Origin: Asterias rubens | Taxonomy: Eukaryota | Length of the DNA: 64,000 nt | Assembly (NCBI RefSeq): GCF_902459465.1 | Contig: NC_047083.1 | Coordinates: forward strand, 682,001-746,000 | Reading direction: 5' to 3' | Shown: positions 12,321 to 24,833 of the stretch, one piece after another | Layout of the letters: every line of letters starts with the position of its first letter | Numbering within the stretch: position 1 is the first letter of the stretch | The notes under the pieces: generated by a model | What the model was told of the DNA's origin: nothing | Databases searched by the model: none | The model's input: the letters and a program-made list of their open reading frames with translations, nothing else | Program-made: the position numbers and the translations under genes

Positions 12321-12476
12321 TTCCAATGCTGTGGTGCTGCAAGTTATGCCGATTACCAGCTAAGCCAATGGAAAGTGAGTGGTAATGCTGGTAACCTGAG
12401 TACCCCAGATAGCTGCTGTAAAACGGAGAGCAGCTACTGTGGCGTGAGAGACCATCCGTCAAATATCTACCACTTG
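12321..12476 (+). CDS. CD151-like tetraspanin, coding exon 5 (CCG, PDSCC)
   Basis: tag|FQCCGAASYADYQLSQWKVSGNAGNLSTPDSCCKTESSYCGVRDHPSNIYHL|gtaagt; compare CD151 PDSCCKT...CGQRDHASNIY. Confidence 0.97.
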
Positions 12477-12840
12477 GTAAGTCACTGGTTCCCAAAGTCA
12501 TCTCGTAAGCATTTGCTTTGTAAAGTCACTGGTTCCCCCCGAGTCATCAAACAAAATTCACCATATGCTATAAGTCACTGGTTCCCAACGTCATCTAGCA
12601 AGAGTTTACTTTGAGAGTGATTAACCCTCACTTTAATTTGTTTGGGTAGGTATCATTGCATTCCTTAGCAGCAAAGACTGTGAATGTTCAGTCTCAAGCA
12701 CCATTGTTAGTTCTTGGGTACACAAATACAGAGAGGATCAAAATTAAAGCGGAGTTTGTGTTCAGATGTTTGATGTCATTTCAGACAGTTTATGATGCAA
12801 CCTGGTGACTGATTGATCAATATGTTTTTCCTTGACATAG

Positions 12841-12924
12841 GGGTGTGTGGATGGACTCGCTAACTACTTCAGTGGACATCTGGCCATTATCGGTGCGGTG
12901 TGTGTAGCAATCGCAGGTGTACAG
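12841..12924 (+). CDS. CD151-like tetraspanin, coding exon 6 (TM4 start)
   Basis: tag|GCVDGLANYFSGHLAIIGAVCVAIAGVQ|gtaaga. Confidence 0.95.
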
Positions 12925-13109
12925 GTAAGATAAAGACATCAAGACAAACAGAGCATTCATAAGGAATTGTAACCACAAGGTTGTCAGTTCGAATCCTACC
13001 AAGCTAACTGCTGATTTCACAATGACTAGAATTTAGTATTATCGACTAGTTACCAAATCACAATGTCTTGTTTTGTGCAATTTATAATCATAGACATTTA
13101 ACCAATGTG

Positions 13110-13561
13110 GGTATGTTCAGACAGCGTACTAAGTTAAACCCAAACCGGTTTAAATTCTACGAGCAGCGGGGGGTGGTCGTAACAATAAAAAACCCTTGCG
13201 TTCAGACAGCACTGAGTTAAACCCAATACGGTTTATCTTTGGTTTTGAGAGGTCAAAGCAAACGCGGCCCCGTGACTCTAACATCCTGTTTATCATTGGT
13301 CACCGTGTGTTTACATAATGATTACGGAGGTCAATGGGTCGTCTGTTGTGAGTTAAACCGGTTGTGGTATTTTTTATTCTGTCCACACACAGTGTTAAAA
13401 GTTAAACCCGAAGCGGTCTAAAGATAAACCCCCTCCCTGGACGGTTTATCTTTTGTGGGTTGAACTCGATTCGGATTTTAGAACCGTTCAGACAGACCGA
13501 GTTGAACTCGATTGGGTTAAACCATGAGTTAAACCAATTTTAGTACTGTGTCTGAACGACC
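13110..13561. mobile_element. Non-autonomous DNA transposon with GG..GTTCAGACA-type termini (Harbinger-like)
   Basis: ggtatgttcagaca ... tgtctgaacgacc; internal repeats of gttcagacag and ttaaacc. Confidence 0.55.
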
Positions 13562-13705
13562 TCTTTTTGTATGAGAGAGATTGGCTTTAACCAGCTTGAT
13601 GTTTATATCCCATTGCACGCACTGCAATTTCCCTACGTATATGAGAAAAATGTAGATTTGTGTTTGCAAAGGGCACCCCAGAAATAGCACAGGGTGCCGT
13701 GAGTC

Positions 13706-13914
13706 AATGGACCGTTCCGGCTTTCCACTAAGCTCCGCCCACCGCGCACGTGAGCAAGACACGTGTCAAGCACTCCCAATGACATTCTGCGTGATTCTGC
13801 CGCGCGTGCCAAATATACGCGCACGCATGACCGCGTTTGTCCGACCACAATCATTGCTGTGATCGGTCAAATGGGTGAACGCGCAGTTTGATTGATAGGC
13901 CGGATCGGTCCATT
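13706..13914. mobile_element. GC-rich MITE with 16-bp TIR
   Basis: AATGGACCGTTCCGGC ... GCCGGATCGGTCCATT; no TSD seen. Confidence 0.6.
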
Positions 13915-14037
13915 TGAGGCCTGCCCCTGTTGGAGTTTTGTCAAAGTCCCCTTGACGGGAACATCACACAAACATCCATTATAATATCGTTGCGGTACCC
14001 GCTGCCAAAGCATAGGATTCTAACTGCCTCTAGCTAC

Positions 14038-14230
14038 CGGGCAATCTTAGTAATCTAGTTGGTAAGACACTCTTAGAATTGCAAGGGTCATGGGTTCAAA
14101 TCCCACCCGTAAGATGCCTGTGAAATTTTTTCACAGGACTTTGGAGAGTACCAAGTATACAATGCTAACACACATTGGTGTATGAGTAAAAACCAAAATT
14201 AATATTCTTTATCCCCGATGCAAAGTTAAC
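14038..14230 (+). mobile_element. tRNA-derived SINE
   Basis: A-box-like tagtaatctagttggt and B-box gggttcaaatccc followed by a non-tRNA body. Confidence 0.65.
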
Positions 14231-14314
14231 ATCCAATAGACTCAAATTTAAAACCAATGAATTTTCTACATTTTCTTTATTATTAGTTTAATTTTATTTG
14301 TTTTTTCTATGCAG

Positions 14315-14383
14315 ATATTTGGTCTGATCTTCTCGATATGTCTCTACTGTCATCTTAAGTACGAAGAACAAGAGCCGTACTAA
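14315..14383 (+). CDS. CD151-like tetraspanin, final coding exon 7
   Basis: cag|IFGLIFSICLYCHLKYEEQEPY*; total CDS 765 nt = 254 aa, all introns phase 0 as in CD151. Confidence 0.95.
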   Translation: MFGLIFSICLYCHLKYEEQEPY

Positions 14384-15572
14384 ACTGAATAATGTGCAAA
14401 GTCAATTTTTGTTATGTGCAAAACTACTTTATTTTTCAACCTGTAGATATTATGCGTGCTTAAAAACTATCGACTCTCTTTTGTAACTAGAGGGCAGTGT
14501 TTTATTACCGTAACCATGCAGATTTGTATTTCTCCAGCTGTGTATTTTTTGGCTAATTTTTGTGAATTTTGAGTGTTTTAATCGATGTTTGATAACTAAA
14601 CTTAATACAAGTATTACTATAAAAATCACTCACATTATAAAAAGAAAACAAAGGGGGGGTGTATTACATTATTTGGTTTTAACCATTCACCGATATCGAA
14701 CAAAACTAGCATGGTAGTGGTATAAGGTCTGAGCCTAAATGGAGTCTGTCTTAAAATTCCCACACATTTTGTATCAATTGTTGTTTAGCTTCTGGCTTAT
14801 AACAAAAAACCAAGCGTATTCTGACAAATATTCTGATAATGATTATGCAAATGAGCTTTGTAAGTGTACACTTTTTTAATTAAATTTAATAACATAGTTG
14901 AAAAATGGTATATATCATATGATTGTTCATTTTAGTATTTGATTGCAAATTAATTGTTTAGCAGAATTTGTCTGTCATCAATACAGGCACATGTAACTCC
15001 AAATTAAAATGCCTCTAAGAATTTTTTCTGCTGAAAATGGTGCTGTTCTAGTGATTATTTTTTTCTAGAAAGTAGAAAGAAGTTTGCAGGTTACTTTAAT
15101 TTACACTGTGTAAGCTTTACCAATAAGTGATTGGGTTGATGCTAGGGGTAGAAGTTGGGGGGGGGATAGTCTTTGAAAATCAGTCCTTTAATAAGCAGTT
15201 CTAGCATCACTCAAGTACTTTAATGTATTTGCAATCTTCCTCAATATTATGTACTTGCCTCGATTGAAAATGTATTGTACTAATCCATAAGACGTGTAAA
15301 TTATGCAACTCTCATTATTATATTTACTATTTTGTATATAACGTTTATAAAGTATTCAGTAATAATTGGTCACTTAGATTGCTTATTTTGACCTGATGAC
15401 CTAGTTGGTGTAGTCTTAGTCACAAGGTGTTACATGGTAAGATTTTATGAGTGCGTAAGTTTAGAGAACAAGAGGTCAGGCGTGGTATTTGGCCCTTGGA
15501 GAAGAGTAGGCAGTTAATGAGTAAAAAGGCTGGCAAACATGTACTGTATTGAACTTTTGGGGGTGGCCTTAA

Positions 15573-15934
15573 AGGCAGTGGACACTATTGGTAATTACTC
15601 AAAATAATTATTAACATAGAACCTTTCTTGATTACGAGTAATGGGGAGAGGTTGGTGGTATAAAACATTGTGAGAAACAGCTCCCTCTGAAGTGACGTAG
15701 TTTTCAAAAAAGAAGTAATTTTCCACGAATTTGATTTTGAGACCTCAGATTTAGAATTTGAGGTTCTTGAAATCAAGCATCTGAAAGCACACAACTTTGT
15801 GTGACCATGGTGTGACAAGGGTGTTTTATCTTTCAATAATATCTCGCAACTTCGACTACCGATTGTGCAAAAATTTTCACAGGCTTGTTATTTTATGCAT
15901 GTATGTTGAGATACACCAATGGTGTCCTGTGTCT
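15573..15934. mobile_element. TTAA MITE, family A
   Basis: ttaa|AGGCAGTGGACACTATTGGTAATTACTC...GTCT|ttaa. Confidence 0.85.
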
Positions 15935-16157
15935 TTAAGGCGAACGAACAGTTTTTTAGATGCATCTGAAGGTAAAAAAGACCAAAAAAAAAACAGTTAA
16001 GAAAAGTAAGAATTAGTCGAGCAACAGCTACAATGACAGGATCCCTTACTGTGTTGAACTTTCGTGGGCGCCCTTGATGGATGCGGGGTTACGATCAAAT
16101 TGTTGGCCATTGCATGTATATAAATTTCCACTGTTAGGCAATGATTGTGGACGATTG

Positions 16158-16331
16158 CAGGGCTGTATGCTTCATTTTTGAAAGGTCAAGGGCACCAAGG
16201 CATTTTCTTTGGCAAAGGGCACCCTATGAGGAAATTGTAAATTTCTATTGGAGCATTTCAAGGGCACCAAGGCAATGGCAAGGGGCAACGGAGGCAATTG
16301 CCTTCGTTGCCTCCGTGAAGTATCAGGCCTG
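16158..16331. mobile_element. hAT-like MITE with exact 6-bp TSD CGATTG
   Basis: cgattg|CAGGGCTGTATGCTTC...GAAGTATCAGGCCTG|cgattg. Confidence 0.85.
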
Positions 16332-16768
16332 CGATTGTAAAAAATATAGGCCTAATGCCCTCATTTGAATAATTTAGATTTGATGATTGGACGATTTACA
16401 CCACTAGGGGTGTCTTGTCAACCAATAAGCTGGGCTGGATTTCAAAAAGCGTTAAGATTATCACCATATTGATTTGTACAGTGACATCATACTTTGCTTA
16501 GCAATTAAGATTAGTACACAGTTAAGATTAATCTTAGCCGGTAGTGAAACCTGCCTGTGGTCTGTTTTTTGGAAAATAAACGCATGTAAAAGTTTTTATT
16601 TAATGATTTTCTCGCTTAAAGCTGTAGTCGCAATTAATCAGTGAACAATAACTTTCTTTTTGTAGAATAAACAATAAATTTGAATGGTTTGGTTTTGTTA
16701 ACTTGTTGTGTTTTATAGGCCAATCTCAGCCATGATTGGTGCTCTGAAAAGTCTGGTCAGAACAAGAC

Positions 16769-17153
16769 GTCGTCGTCCTATGAGTCATGGCTGACCCTTT
16801 GTGACCCTGTTTATGATGTAGTTCCACTTCTGTCTATCCAGTGCAGATCGATAAGCAACGTTTATTGATAAGCCCGTGAGTTCTTTGATTCCCTCTGTCC
16901 AACGAAGTTTTTGACGGCCACGTCGGCGACTACCTGCTACACATCCTTGCACAATGATCTTCTCAAGGTTGTCCCCCTCTCTTCTGGATATGTGACCAAA
17001 GTACTGAAGCTTGTTTTTGTTAATTTTTGAGGGCAAGGTGGGTCTATCTTCTCCTATCAGGTTTCTAACAAAAACATTGGTCTTGTGCTCTTGCCATGAT
17101 ATTCTCAGCATTCTCCTCCAGCACCACATCTCAAAAGCGTTGATCCTGTTCCT
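16769..17153 (-). mobile_element. 5'-truncated RTE-clade (BovB-like) LINE with 13-bp TSD
   Basis: Open frame AFEMWCWRRMLRISW...LQYFGHISRR...RRRGRQKLRW; (GAC)n tail; TSD GTCAGAACAAGAC at 16756-16768 and 17154-17166. Confidence 0.93.
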
Positions 17154-17401
17154 GTCAGAACAAGACACTGGAGGTTAAACAAGGGGGACCAGCCCACTAT
17201 ACGTCAAACCAGGCCAATAAGGGCAATAACCTTCATGGAGGCAATCTCCTTCAATCACTGCGCTCTAACACAAAACTGGATTCATTTAAGAACTGCCTGA
17301 AAACCCACATACATGTACATGTATACAACAAGTTGCTCTGTAGTTTGTACATGCAAATGTTACTTGTTTGCTTTCTGCATTTGAAGACCACAAACAACAT
17401 T

Positions 17402-18923
17402 CTATCCAGTGTGGACACGCTGGTGGACATGGAGGGACTTTAAATATGGAAACTCTTTCCCACAAGTACCACAAACAAATGGTTTCTCTCCAGTGTGGAC
17501 ACGCTGATGCTCTTTCAGTGCAGATTTAAATGAGAAGGTTCTTCCGCAGATATCACAAACAAATTGTTTCTCTCCAGTGTGGATACGCTGATGTTTGTTA
17601 ACAGATGACGTTGACGAAAAGTTTTTACCACAAATATCACAAGCAAACAGTGTGGGTAAGCTCATGATTCGTCAGGTGTGCTTTCCTCGAGAAAGCTTTT
17701 CCACAATAGTCACAAACAAATGGTTTTTCTGCAGTGTGAATATGTTGATGTTTGGTCAGATAGGATTTTATGGAGAAGGCTTGTCCACAAAGATCACAAA
17801 CAAATGGTTTCTCTTCAGAGTGGATACCTCGTTGGTGAGCGGAAAGAGCTGATGTCTGCACAAAAGCTTTTCCACAAAAGCTACAGACAAATGGTTTCTC
17901 TCCAGTGTGGGTACGCCAATGAAGGATAACGTACCCTTTATTCTAAAAAAGTTTGGCCACAAGTCTCACAAGCAAATGGTTTCTCTCCAGTGTGGATACG
18001 CCGATGGTCTGTCAGGTGCGTTTTCTTCGTGAAAGTTTTTTCACATAAGTCACAAGCGAATGGTTTCCCTCCAGTGTGGACACGCTGATGAGTTGACTGT
18101 GATGATTTACATGTAAAGGCTTTTCCACAAATGTCACAAAAATAAGGTTTCTCTCCAGTGTGGACACGCTGATGGTTTATCAGGGTGGATTTGAGAGAGA
18201 AGGATTTTCCACAAAGGTCGCAAACAAAAGGTTTCTCTCCAGTGTGGATGCGCTGATGGTTGGTTAGGGACTTTAAATATGGAGACTCTTTTCCACAAGT
18301 GCCACAAACAAATGGTTTCTCTCCAGTGTGGACACGCTGATGTCTAGTCAGGGCTGATTTCTTTATGAAACCTTTTCCACAAAGATCGCACACAAATGGA
18401 TTCGCTCCAGAGTGGACAACAACCTGATGGCGTGTCAGGTTATACTTTTAAGAGAAGGTTTGTCCACATAGATCACAAACAAGTGATTTCTTTGCAGTGT
18501 GGACACGGTGACGCTGATGACGGTTCAGGTTCTCCTTACGTGAAAACGCTTTTCCACAAAAATCACAAACAAATGATCCCTCTCCAGAGTGGACGAGCTG
18601 ATGGGAAGTCAGGTGTGCTTTTCGTATGAAAGATTTTCCACAAATGTCACAAATGAATGAATTCTCTCTAGTGTGGATTCTCTGGTGGTTGACCATGCTG
18701 CTTTTAAGTGAAAAATCTTGACCACAAACATCACAAACAAATGGTTTCTCTTTGGTGTGGGCATGTTGACTGCGTGTCAGTGGCATTCTATGGCAGTATT
18801 CTCCACATATATAGCTGGACTATAAATGTTATTCCTCCTTGACCGTTTCCCACAAATGGAGTCAAAACAAACAAAGTCTCTTCACAGTAGACTGTGATGC
18901 ACGGATTATGTGTTTTCTTAGCA
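17402..18923 (-). pseudogene. C2H2 zinc-finger pseudogene (ZF1), about 16-18 fingers
   Basis: TGEKP-linked fingers broken by an in-frame TAA at 18448-18450, a frameshift at about 17945 and a linker deletion at about 17650; acceptor ttttttcag at 18924. Confidence 0.88.
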
Positions 18924-19030
18924 CTGAAAAAAAAATCAGCAAATTAATGATTTGGACTATGATCCAAAGATATTTTTAGGGCCTACATGTATGTTATCTA
19001 TGATAACTTTGTACAAAAACACTTCTTTAA

Positions 19031-19403
19031 AGGCAGTGGTAATCGTCAAAGACTAGCCTTCACAGTTGGTTTATCTCAACATATATGCATAAAATAACAA
19101 ACCTGTGAAAATTTGAGCTCAATCGGTCATCGAACTTGCGAGTGGTAACAAAAGAAAAAAACACCCTTGTCACACCAAGTTGTGTGCGTTTAGATGGTTG
19201 ATTTCGAGACCTCAAGTTCTAAATCTGAGGTCTCGAAATCAAATCCGTGGAAAATTACTTCTTTCTCGAAAACTATGGCACTTCAGAGGGAGCCGTTTCG
19301 CACAATGTATTATACCACAAACCTCTCCCCATTATTACTCGTCACCAAAGAAGGTTTTATGCTAATAATTATTTTGAGTAATTACCAATAGTGTCCACTG
19401 CCT
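19031..19403. mobile_element. TTAA MITE, family A
   Basis: ttaa|AGGCAGTGG...GTGTCCACTGCCT|ttaa. Confidence 0.9.
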
Positions 19404-20029
19404 TTAAGAAATGGACAGCTTTGGTAATAACGTAAAGAATTAGTCGCCATAAAAACTTACAGTATGGGTGCGTTCATTTAGCTTCCCTGGGTCGGCGCCC
19501 TAGAGTAGTATGTCACGGTAAATGTAATTTGTGTACACGTTTTTTTGGAAAAATTTTCAAATCATCACATCTGGACAAAGTCATCATTTAGTAAGCCCTG
19601 TTATGTGTCATAGTAATTCCACAAATGTAAGGAATAAAATGAGGTATGTTGGAGTAGTATTGGACTTTTTTAAGTGGGAGAAATTTGCAATCAAACTACC
19701 TCGCATTTTGCGTCTTTGAAAACTTAGCGTTTAAGACATGTATCAAAGGTGGGCTGTAATGGTGACAGTGATGAGACAGATGTTAAAAGCGGAGCCATTA
19801 ACAGCTCAACAAGGTGGGCTAGGTCAGGTGTGGTACGTGCGTTATTATTTTCTAATCTGAACAAAATACAAACTAAAAAAGCATGCACGCTTATTACAAA
19901 AACTGTGGAAGCTAACTTAAGCAAGTTAGAAATACACACAATAACTGTTTAGTAACTTTATAAATTAGTGAAAGTAGTTACGTACCAATTTAGAACAGAC
20001 GATTGCAGTACGAACGATCAGATCCAGAT

Positions 20030-20110
20030 CTTGTACTCTCTGCTGTTGTTTAAAAATGCCCCCGCGGCGCGTCGAGCGAGCGAGAAGTTTAACATGGCGC
20101 CCTCTCTAGT
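20030..20110 (-). promoter_or_regulatory. Candidate promoter of ZF1 (CpG-rich, YY1-like AACATGGCG, GCGCCCTCT)
   Basis: CpG cluster and motifs upstream of the ZF1 exon; possible donor attg|gtacgt at about 19985. Confidence 0.4.
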
Positions 20111-20186
20111 CATATCCACCGTGGTGACGAGAGGGATGGGCGGGGCTGCGTGAGTGGGGACAACACCCCTCCCTCTGCCGTGTTCG

Positions 20187-20266
20187 TTAGTTTGTTTGTT
20201 TGTTTGTTTGTTTATTTGTTTGTTTGTTTGCTTGTTTGTTTGTTTGTTTGTCTGTTTGCTTGTTTT
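20187..20266. repeat. (GTTT)n microsatellite
   Basis: Direct reading. Confidence 0.95.
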
Positions 20267-20946
20267 ATTTTTGTTCAGTGCAAAAATTAGTGATTTCTCC
20301 AGCTGCAGCCTCGGCAACTAAATCGGAAACGGTGTTCCGTCCGTCATCCTTGATAAAAGAAAAACAGGATTGCCAACCAAGTTCCATTATGCTATGCAAT
20401 TTAAGCAATGTCTTGTGCTTAGCACTAAGCAGCCCTATAAAATTGGGCCCTGATGCCCCAGGTATCAGGTGGATTCCTTTAGTAATAATTAAATAATTAA
20501 ATCAATGTATAAAATAAAGACATAAAAAATGTCAATCAATTAAGAAAAGAAAAAAAATAAGGTCACTTTAGAGTAACCAGAGGATGTCAATCAATGGTGT
20601 AGTTTTCCAGTAAAAGGGTTAAAACAACCAAATCAAAACAAATTGAAGGTTCTTTATTTGTATTCCCAAATTATTTTTTATTCCCATGTTCTGAAAAGGC
20701 ACTGTTGTGATAATACTTACGAAGGACTTGTACAAGGCTACACTCATGTTTATTCATATGCTAGTAAGCCCTGTGTATGTCACACAACCAGTTTTCTACA
20801 GTTACCTCAATAAACCATTGTGTTTCAACTTATAACAACAAGTCTCCAACCTTGTAACTTTATAGTATTACAACATGGTTACAGAAGCGTACTACCGTAG
20901 TCATATGCAATTGTGTCCGCCATGCAATACTGTCCACTCCGGACAC

Positions 20947-21845
20947 GTATTTATTTGTATTTATTTGTTTATTTCCTTTATTTACCCAGGGTGAGCAATA
21001 TCAGTAAAAAACTGGTTTCCATTTGGGCCATGCGAACAAACTAACATGTTAAAAGTAAACATAAAATCACATGATAAATTACGACATAAAAATTACGTAA
21101 AATATTTAAGAATGTTAATATTAACAAAAATTCTCTCGGCAAAAGCTTACCGGTTCAGTTCATTAAAGGCAGTGGACACTATTGGTAATTACTCAAAAAT
21201 ATTATTAGCATAAAGCCTTACTTAGTAACGAGGAATGGGGATAGGTTCATGGTGTAAAACAATGTGAGAAACGGCTCCCTCTGAAGTGCCATAGTTTTCG
21301 AGAAAGAAGCAATTTTCCACGAATTTGATTTCGAGACCTCAAGTTTAGAACTTGAGGTCACGAAATCAACCATCTAAACGCACACAACTTCGTGTGACAA
21401 GGGTGTTTTTTCCTTTCATTATTATCTCGCAAGTTCGACGACCGATTGAGCTCAAATTTTCACAGGTTTGTTATTTTATGCATATGTTGAGATACACCAA
21501 CTGTGAAGGCTAGTCTTTGACAATTACCAATAGTGTCCACTGCCTTTAAACATATCAGTCGAGTTCGGTAGGTGCAACCAAGGATTAATCTGGCGGCTCT
21601 TTTCAGTTACCGTGACCCCATGAAGTGGCACCGTAACTCAATAGTCTTTTCAATAGTCTGTTCAACAGGTTACTATGTGCGTTGTATCGGCCTCCCTAAA
21701 CCGTACAACAATAGGCCAAACTCGGTAACACAAAAGTTTTAACCAACGTATGCATATGCAATCGTGTCCGGGGGTGCAAAAACCTTTCGGTGGACATAAA
21801 ATGACTGTACATCATACCGAATATCAGTAACAAGCAATATGCAAC
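20947..21845 (-). mobile_element. L2/Crack-like LINE 3' fragment interrupted by a MITE
   Basis: RT C-terminal remnants (LVKTFVLPSLAYCCSVWG in the 29.9-30.2 kb duplicate; KRAARLILGC at about 21560-21600) and L2-type end accctgggtaaataaagg plus (TAAA)n. Confidence 0.75.
21167..21545. mobile_element. TTAA MITE, family A, full-length reference copy
   Basis: Perfect 24-bp TIR AGGCAGTGGACACTATTGGTAATT with TTAA on both sides. Confidence 0.95.
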
Positions 21846-21979
21846 AAATGGAAATTTGGTTGGTAATCCTGTTTTTATCTAAGAAGAAATTTCATGCTAA
21901 GCAAATTTTTGTGCTTAGCAGCTCTATGAAATTGGGCCCAGATCTACTTGTTCTATTCTAAACAAACATAGTCAATTAA

Positions 21980-22384
21980 AGCACTGGACACTATTGCAGT
22001 ATTGGTAATTACTCAAAATAATTGTTAGCATCAAAACCTTCTTGGTAACGAGCAATGGAGAGCTGTTAATAGTAATGGTATAAAACATTGTGATACGGCT
22101 GCCTCTGAAGTAATTTTTGAGAAAGAAGTAATTTTCACTAAAATATTTGAATTAAATTTGAGACCTTAGCTGAGGTCTCGAACTCAAGCATTTGAAAGCA
22201 CACTTGTGCGACAATGGTGTTTTTTCTTCCATTATTCCCTCGCTACTTCAACGACCAATTGAGTCTAAATTTACCCCTTTTTGTTATTTTATGCATACAT
22301 GTACATGTACATGTACGTGTACATGTATACATGTATGTTGAGAGACACCAAGTGAAAATACAATACCAAAGGTGTCCAGTGGCT
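21980..22384. mobile_element. TTAA MITE, family A variant (chimera of the two copies at 30326 and 30694)
   Basis: ttaa|AGCACTGGACAC...GTGTCCAGTGGCT; sequence switches at GAAGTAATTTTCACTAAAATATTTGAATT. Confidence 0.8.
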
Positions 22385-22943
22385 TCAAAATAAAAATTAT
22401 GAACACATAATTATTAAGAATTATATTCACTGGGGATACCTAATGTTCTTGTTCTATATATTCTAAACATACATAGTCAATTAAAATAAAAATTATGGTG
22501 ACAAAACTATTGAGAAGTTTATTCCATGTGAATGTACTTGTTCTGTTCTAAACATACAGTCATAAGGGAAGCTTTCTACTATAGCATTATCTTCAAACTG
22601 TGTGAGTTTAATGTAAATCTTTCCTACAAAAAGTACCCAGACCCTTGTTCAGTCACAAGTTGACTGACCCCATACTGGATATCATCGATTGGGCCTGCAG
22701 TCTAAGCTTAAAGGGTTACGTTGCCTTGGATTGGGCGAGTTGGCGCTTGAAGGCGCTTGAAACCGTTTATGAAAACATGCCTCAAAGTTGCATGGTGTTC
22801 CTTAATACAACACGTGAACTAACACATTCGGCCGTTTTGTAGTTAAAAAAGTAACAGGAAAACCACGCCATGTCCATGCATACTTCGATCGTGTTCCCAG
22901 GTTTCGTTGAGCATACTGCATAATTATAGTTAGAACGGATCAT

Positions 22944-24130
22944 TTAATTATTTTCCTGCGGTCGATGTTCACGCTGCTGATGGGTGGTCAGAGAACGTTT
23001 GTGTGAAAAAGCTTTTCCACAAATGAGACAGAGATACGGTTTTTCCCCAGTGTGGACCCGCTGATGACTAGTTAAATTAGTTTTCTGAAAAAATGTTTTT
23101 CCGCAAATATCACAAAGAAATGGTGTCTCTCCAGTGTGGATTAGATTATGGTCTTTCAAGTGAGATTTTCGTGAAAATGCTTTTCCGCAAATGTCACAAA
23201 CAAATGGTTTCACTCCAGTGTGGACTCTCAGGTGGTCATAGGAAGATTGAATCGAAAATGCTTTTCCACAATAGTGACAAACAAAATGGTTTCTCTCCAA
23301 AGTGAATTCTCTGGTGTCCAGCAAATTTGATTTGATTTGAAAGTTGAGTTGATTGTCCACAAATTCCATGTTTCTCTCCAGTGTGAACTCTTAAGTGAGT
23401 CCTTAAATTGCTTTTGTGAGCAAATTCTTTTTCACAAATGTCACAAACAAAATGGTTTCTCTCCAGTGTGGACACGCAGATACAAACCCAATTGTTGTTT
23501 TGAAGGAAATGCTTTTCCACAAATCTCACAAAGAAATGGTTTCTCTCCAGTGTGGACCAGCTGATGGCGTGCCAGTGACGATTTATGCGAGAAAGCTTCT
23601 CCACAAATATCACAAACAAAAGGTTTCTCTCCAGTGTGGACACGCTGATGATCTATCAGTGAACGACTATATGAATACGATCTTCCGCACAATTCACAAA
23701 CACATGGTCTTTCCGCTTATGGACAGTCAGGTTAAACTTTTGTGAAAAAGCTTTTCCACAAATATCACAAACGAACGGTTTCTCTCCGGTGTGGGTACGC
23801 CGATGAACAGTCAGGTAAATTCTTTGTGTGTAGGCATGTCCACAAATTTCACACACAAAATGGTCTTTCTCCGGTGTGGATACGCGTATGAACAGTCAGG
23901 TTATTTTTGTGTGTGTAGGCATTTCCACAAATGTCACAAACAAACGGTTTCTCGCCAGGTTGGGTACGCTGAGGGAGTGTCCGTGAGCAGGATTTTCCAA
24001 AAGTTTCACAAACAATTGACTTTTCTCCAGTGTGGACTCTTTGGTGCTTTCTTAGTTAGTGTTTTTGAGAGAACGACTTGCTACACACATCACATACAAA
24101 TTCAAATGTCTTCTTCCGCTCACAATTCAT
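22944..24130 (-). pseudogene. Frameshifted duplicate of the ZF2 zinc-finger gene
   Basis: Same N- and C-termini as ZF2; lacks 7 fingers (588 bp); 13-bp deletion at 23713/23714; three +1 insertions (about 23285, 23451, 23859). Confidence 0.9.
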
Positions 24131-24833
24131 GTTCAAAAATTATTTTAAAACATCATTGCCAACATCACAAATAAACAGTTTCCCCTCCTCCGTGCAAGTT
24201 CGATTTATGATTTAATTTACATCAGTGTCTTTAAGTTAACAGTGGTTGATGACTTTAAAGTCGCAGTGTTACATCACTCATCTGCAGAGAAGGCAGAAAC
24301 AAAACGTGTATTTTTCTACTAATGATTTAATATTATTATTTTTATTATTATTATTACTCAAATGACTTTAGCATAGGCTTTTGAAATCAATCAATCAATC
24401 AGTCAAAGGTCAGATGCTGGAGAACTAACTACTTCTAGCTTAGAAACTATCAGCTCACCCTTTCTAGAAGTATTGCAGAACAGTTGAAAATACCACTTGA
24501 TTATCTGAGTTTTTCCATAAAAAAGAAAAGGATGAGGGCATGTTTTTGTTTTTTCTTTTTTCTTTCAAAGGTGGCCGCCAAGCATTTTTATTCAAACTTG
24601 CCACCAATTATTCCGTTTAAAATCACCACTTACTTTATGTAGTTTGTAAAAGATTAGTAAGTTTAATGAAAAATTAACTTAAATTTTTTTTTTTTTTTAA
24701 CAATATGTAAAATAAAAAATAATTAAACAAAGGATGCGGCCTCAAAATAGAAAGGGAGGGGACGATCAACTTTTGGCCTTATTTAAGCATTTTTAACATA
24801 AAAGCTCTCTCCAATGGTTTTTGTTTCGTTTAA

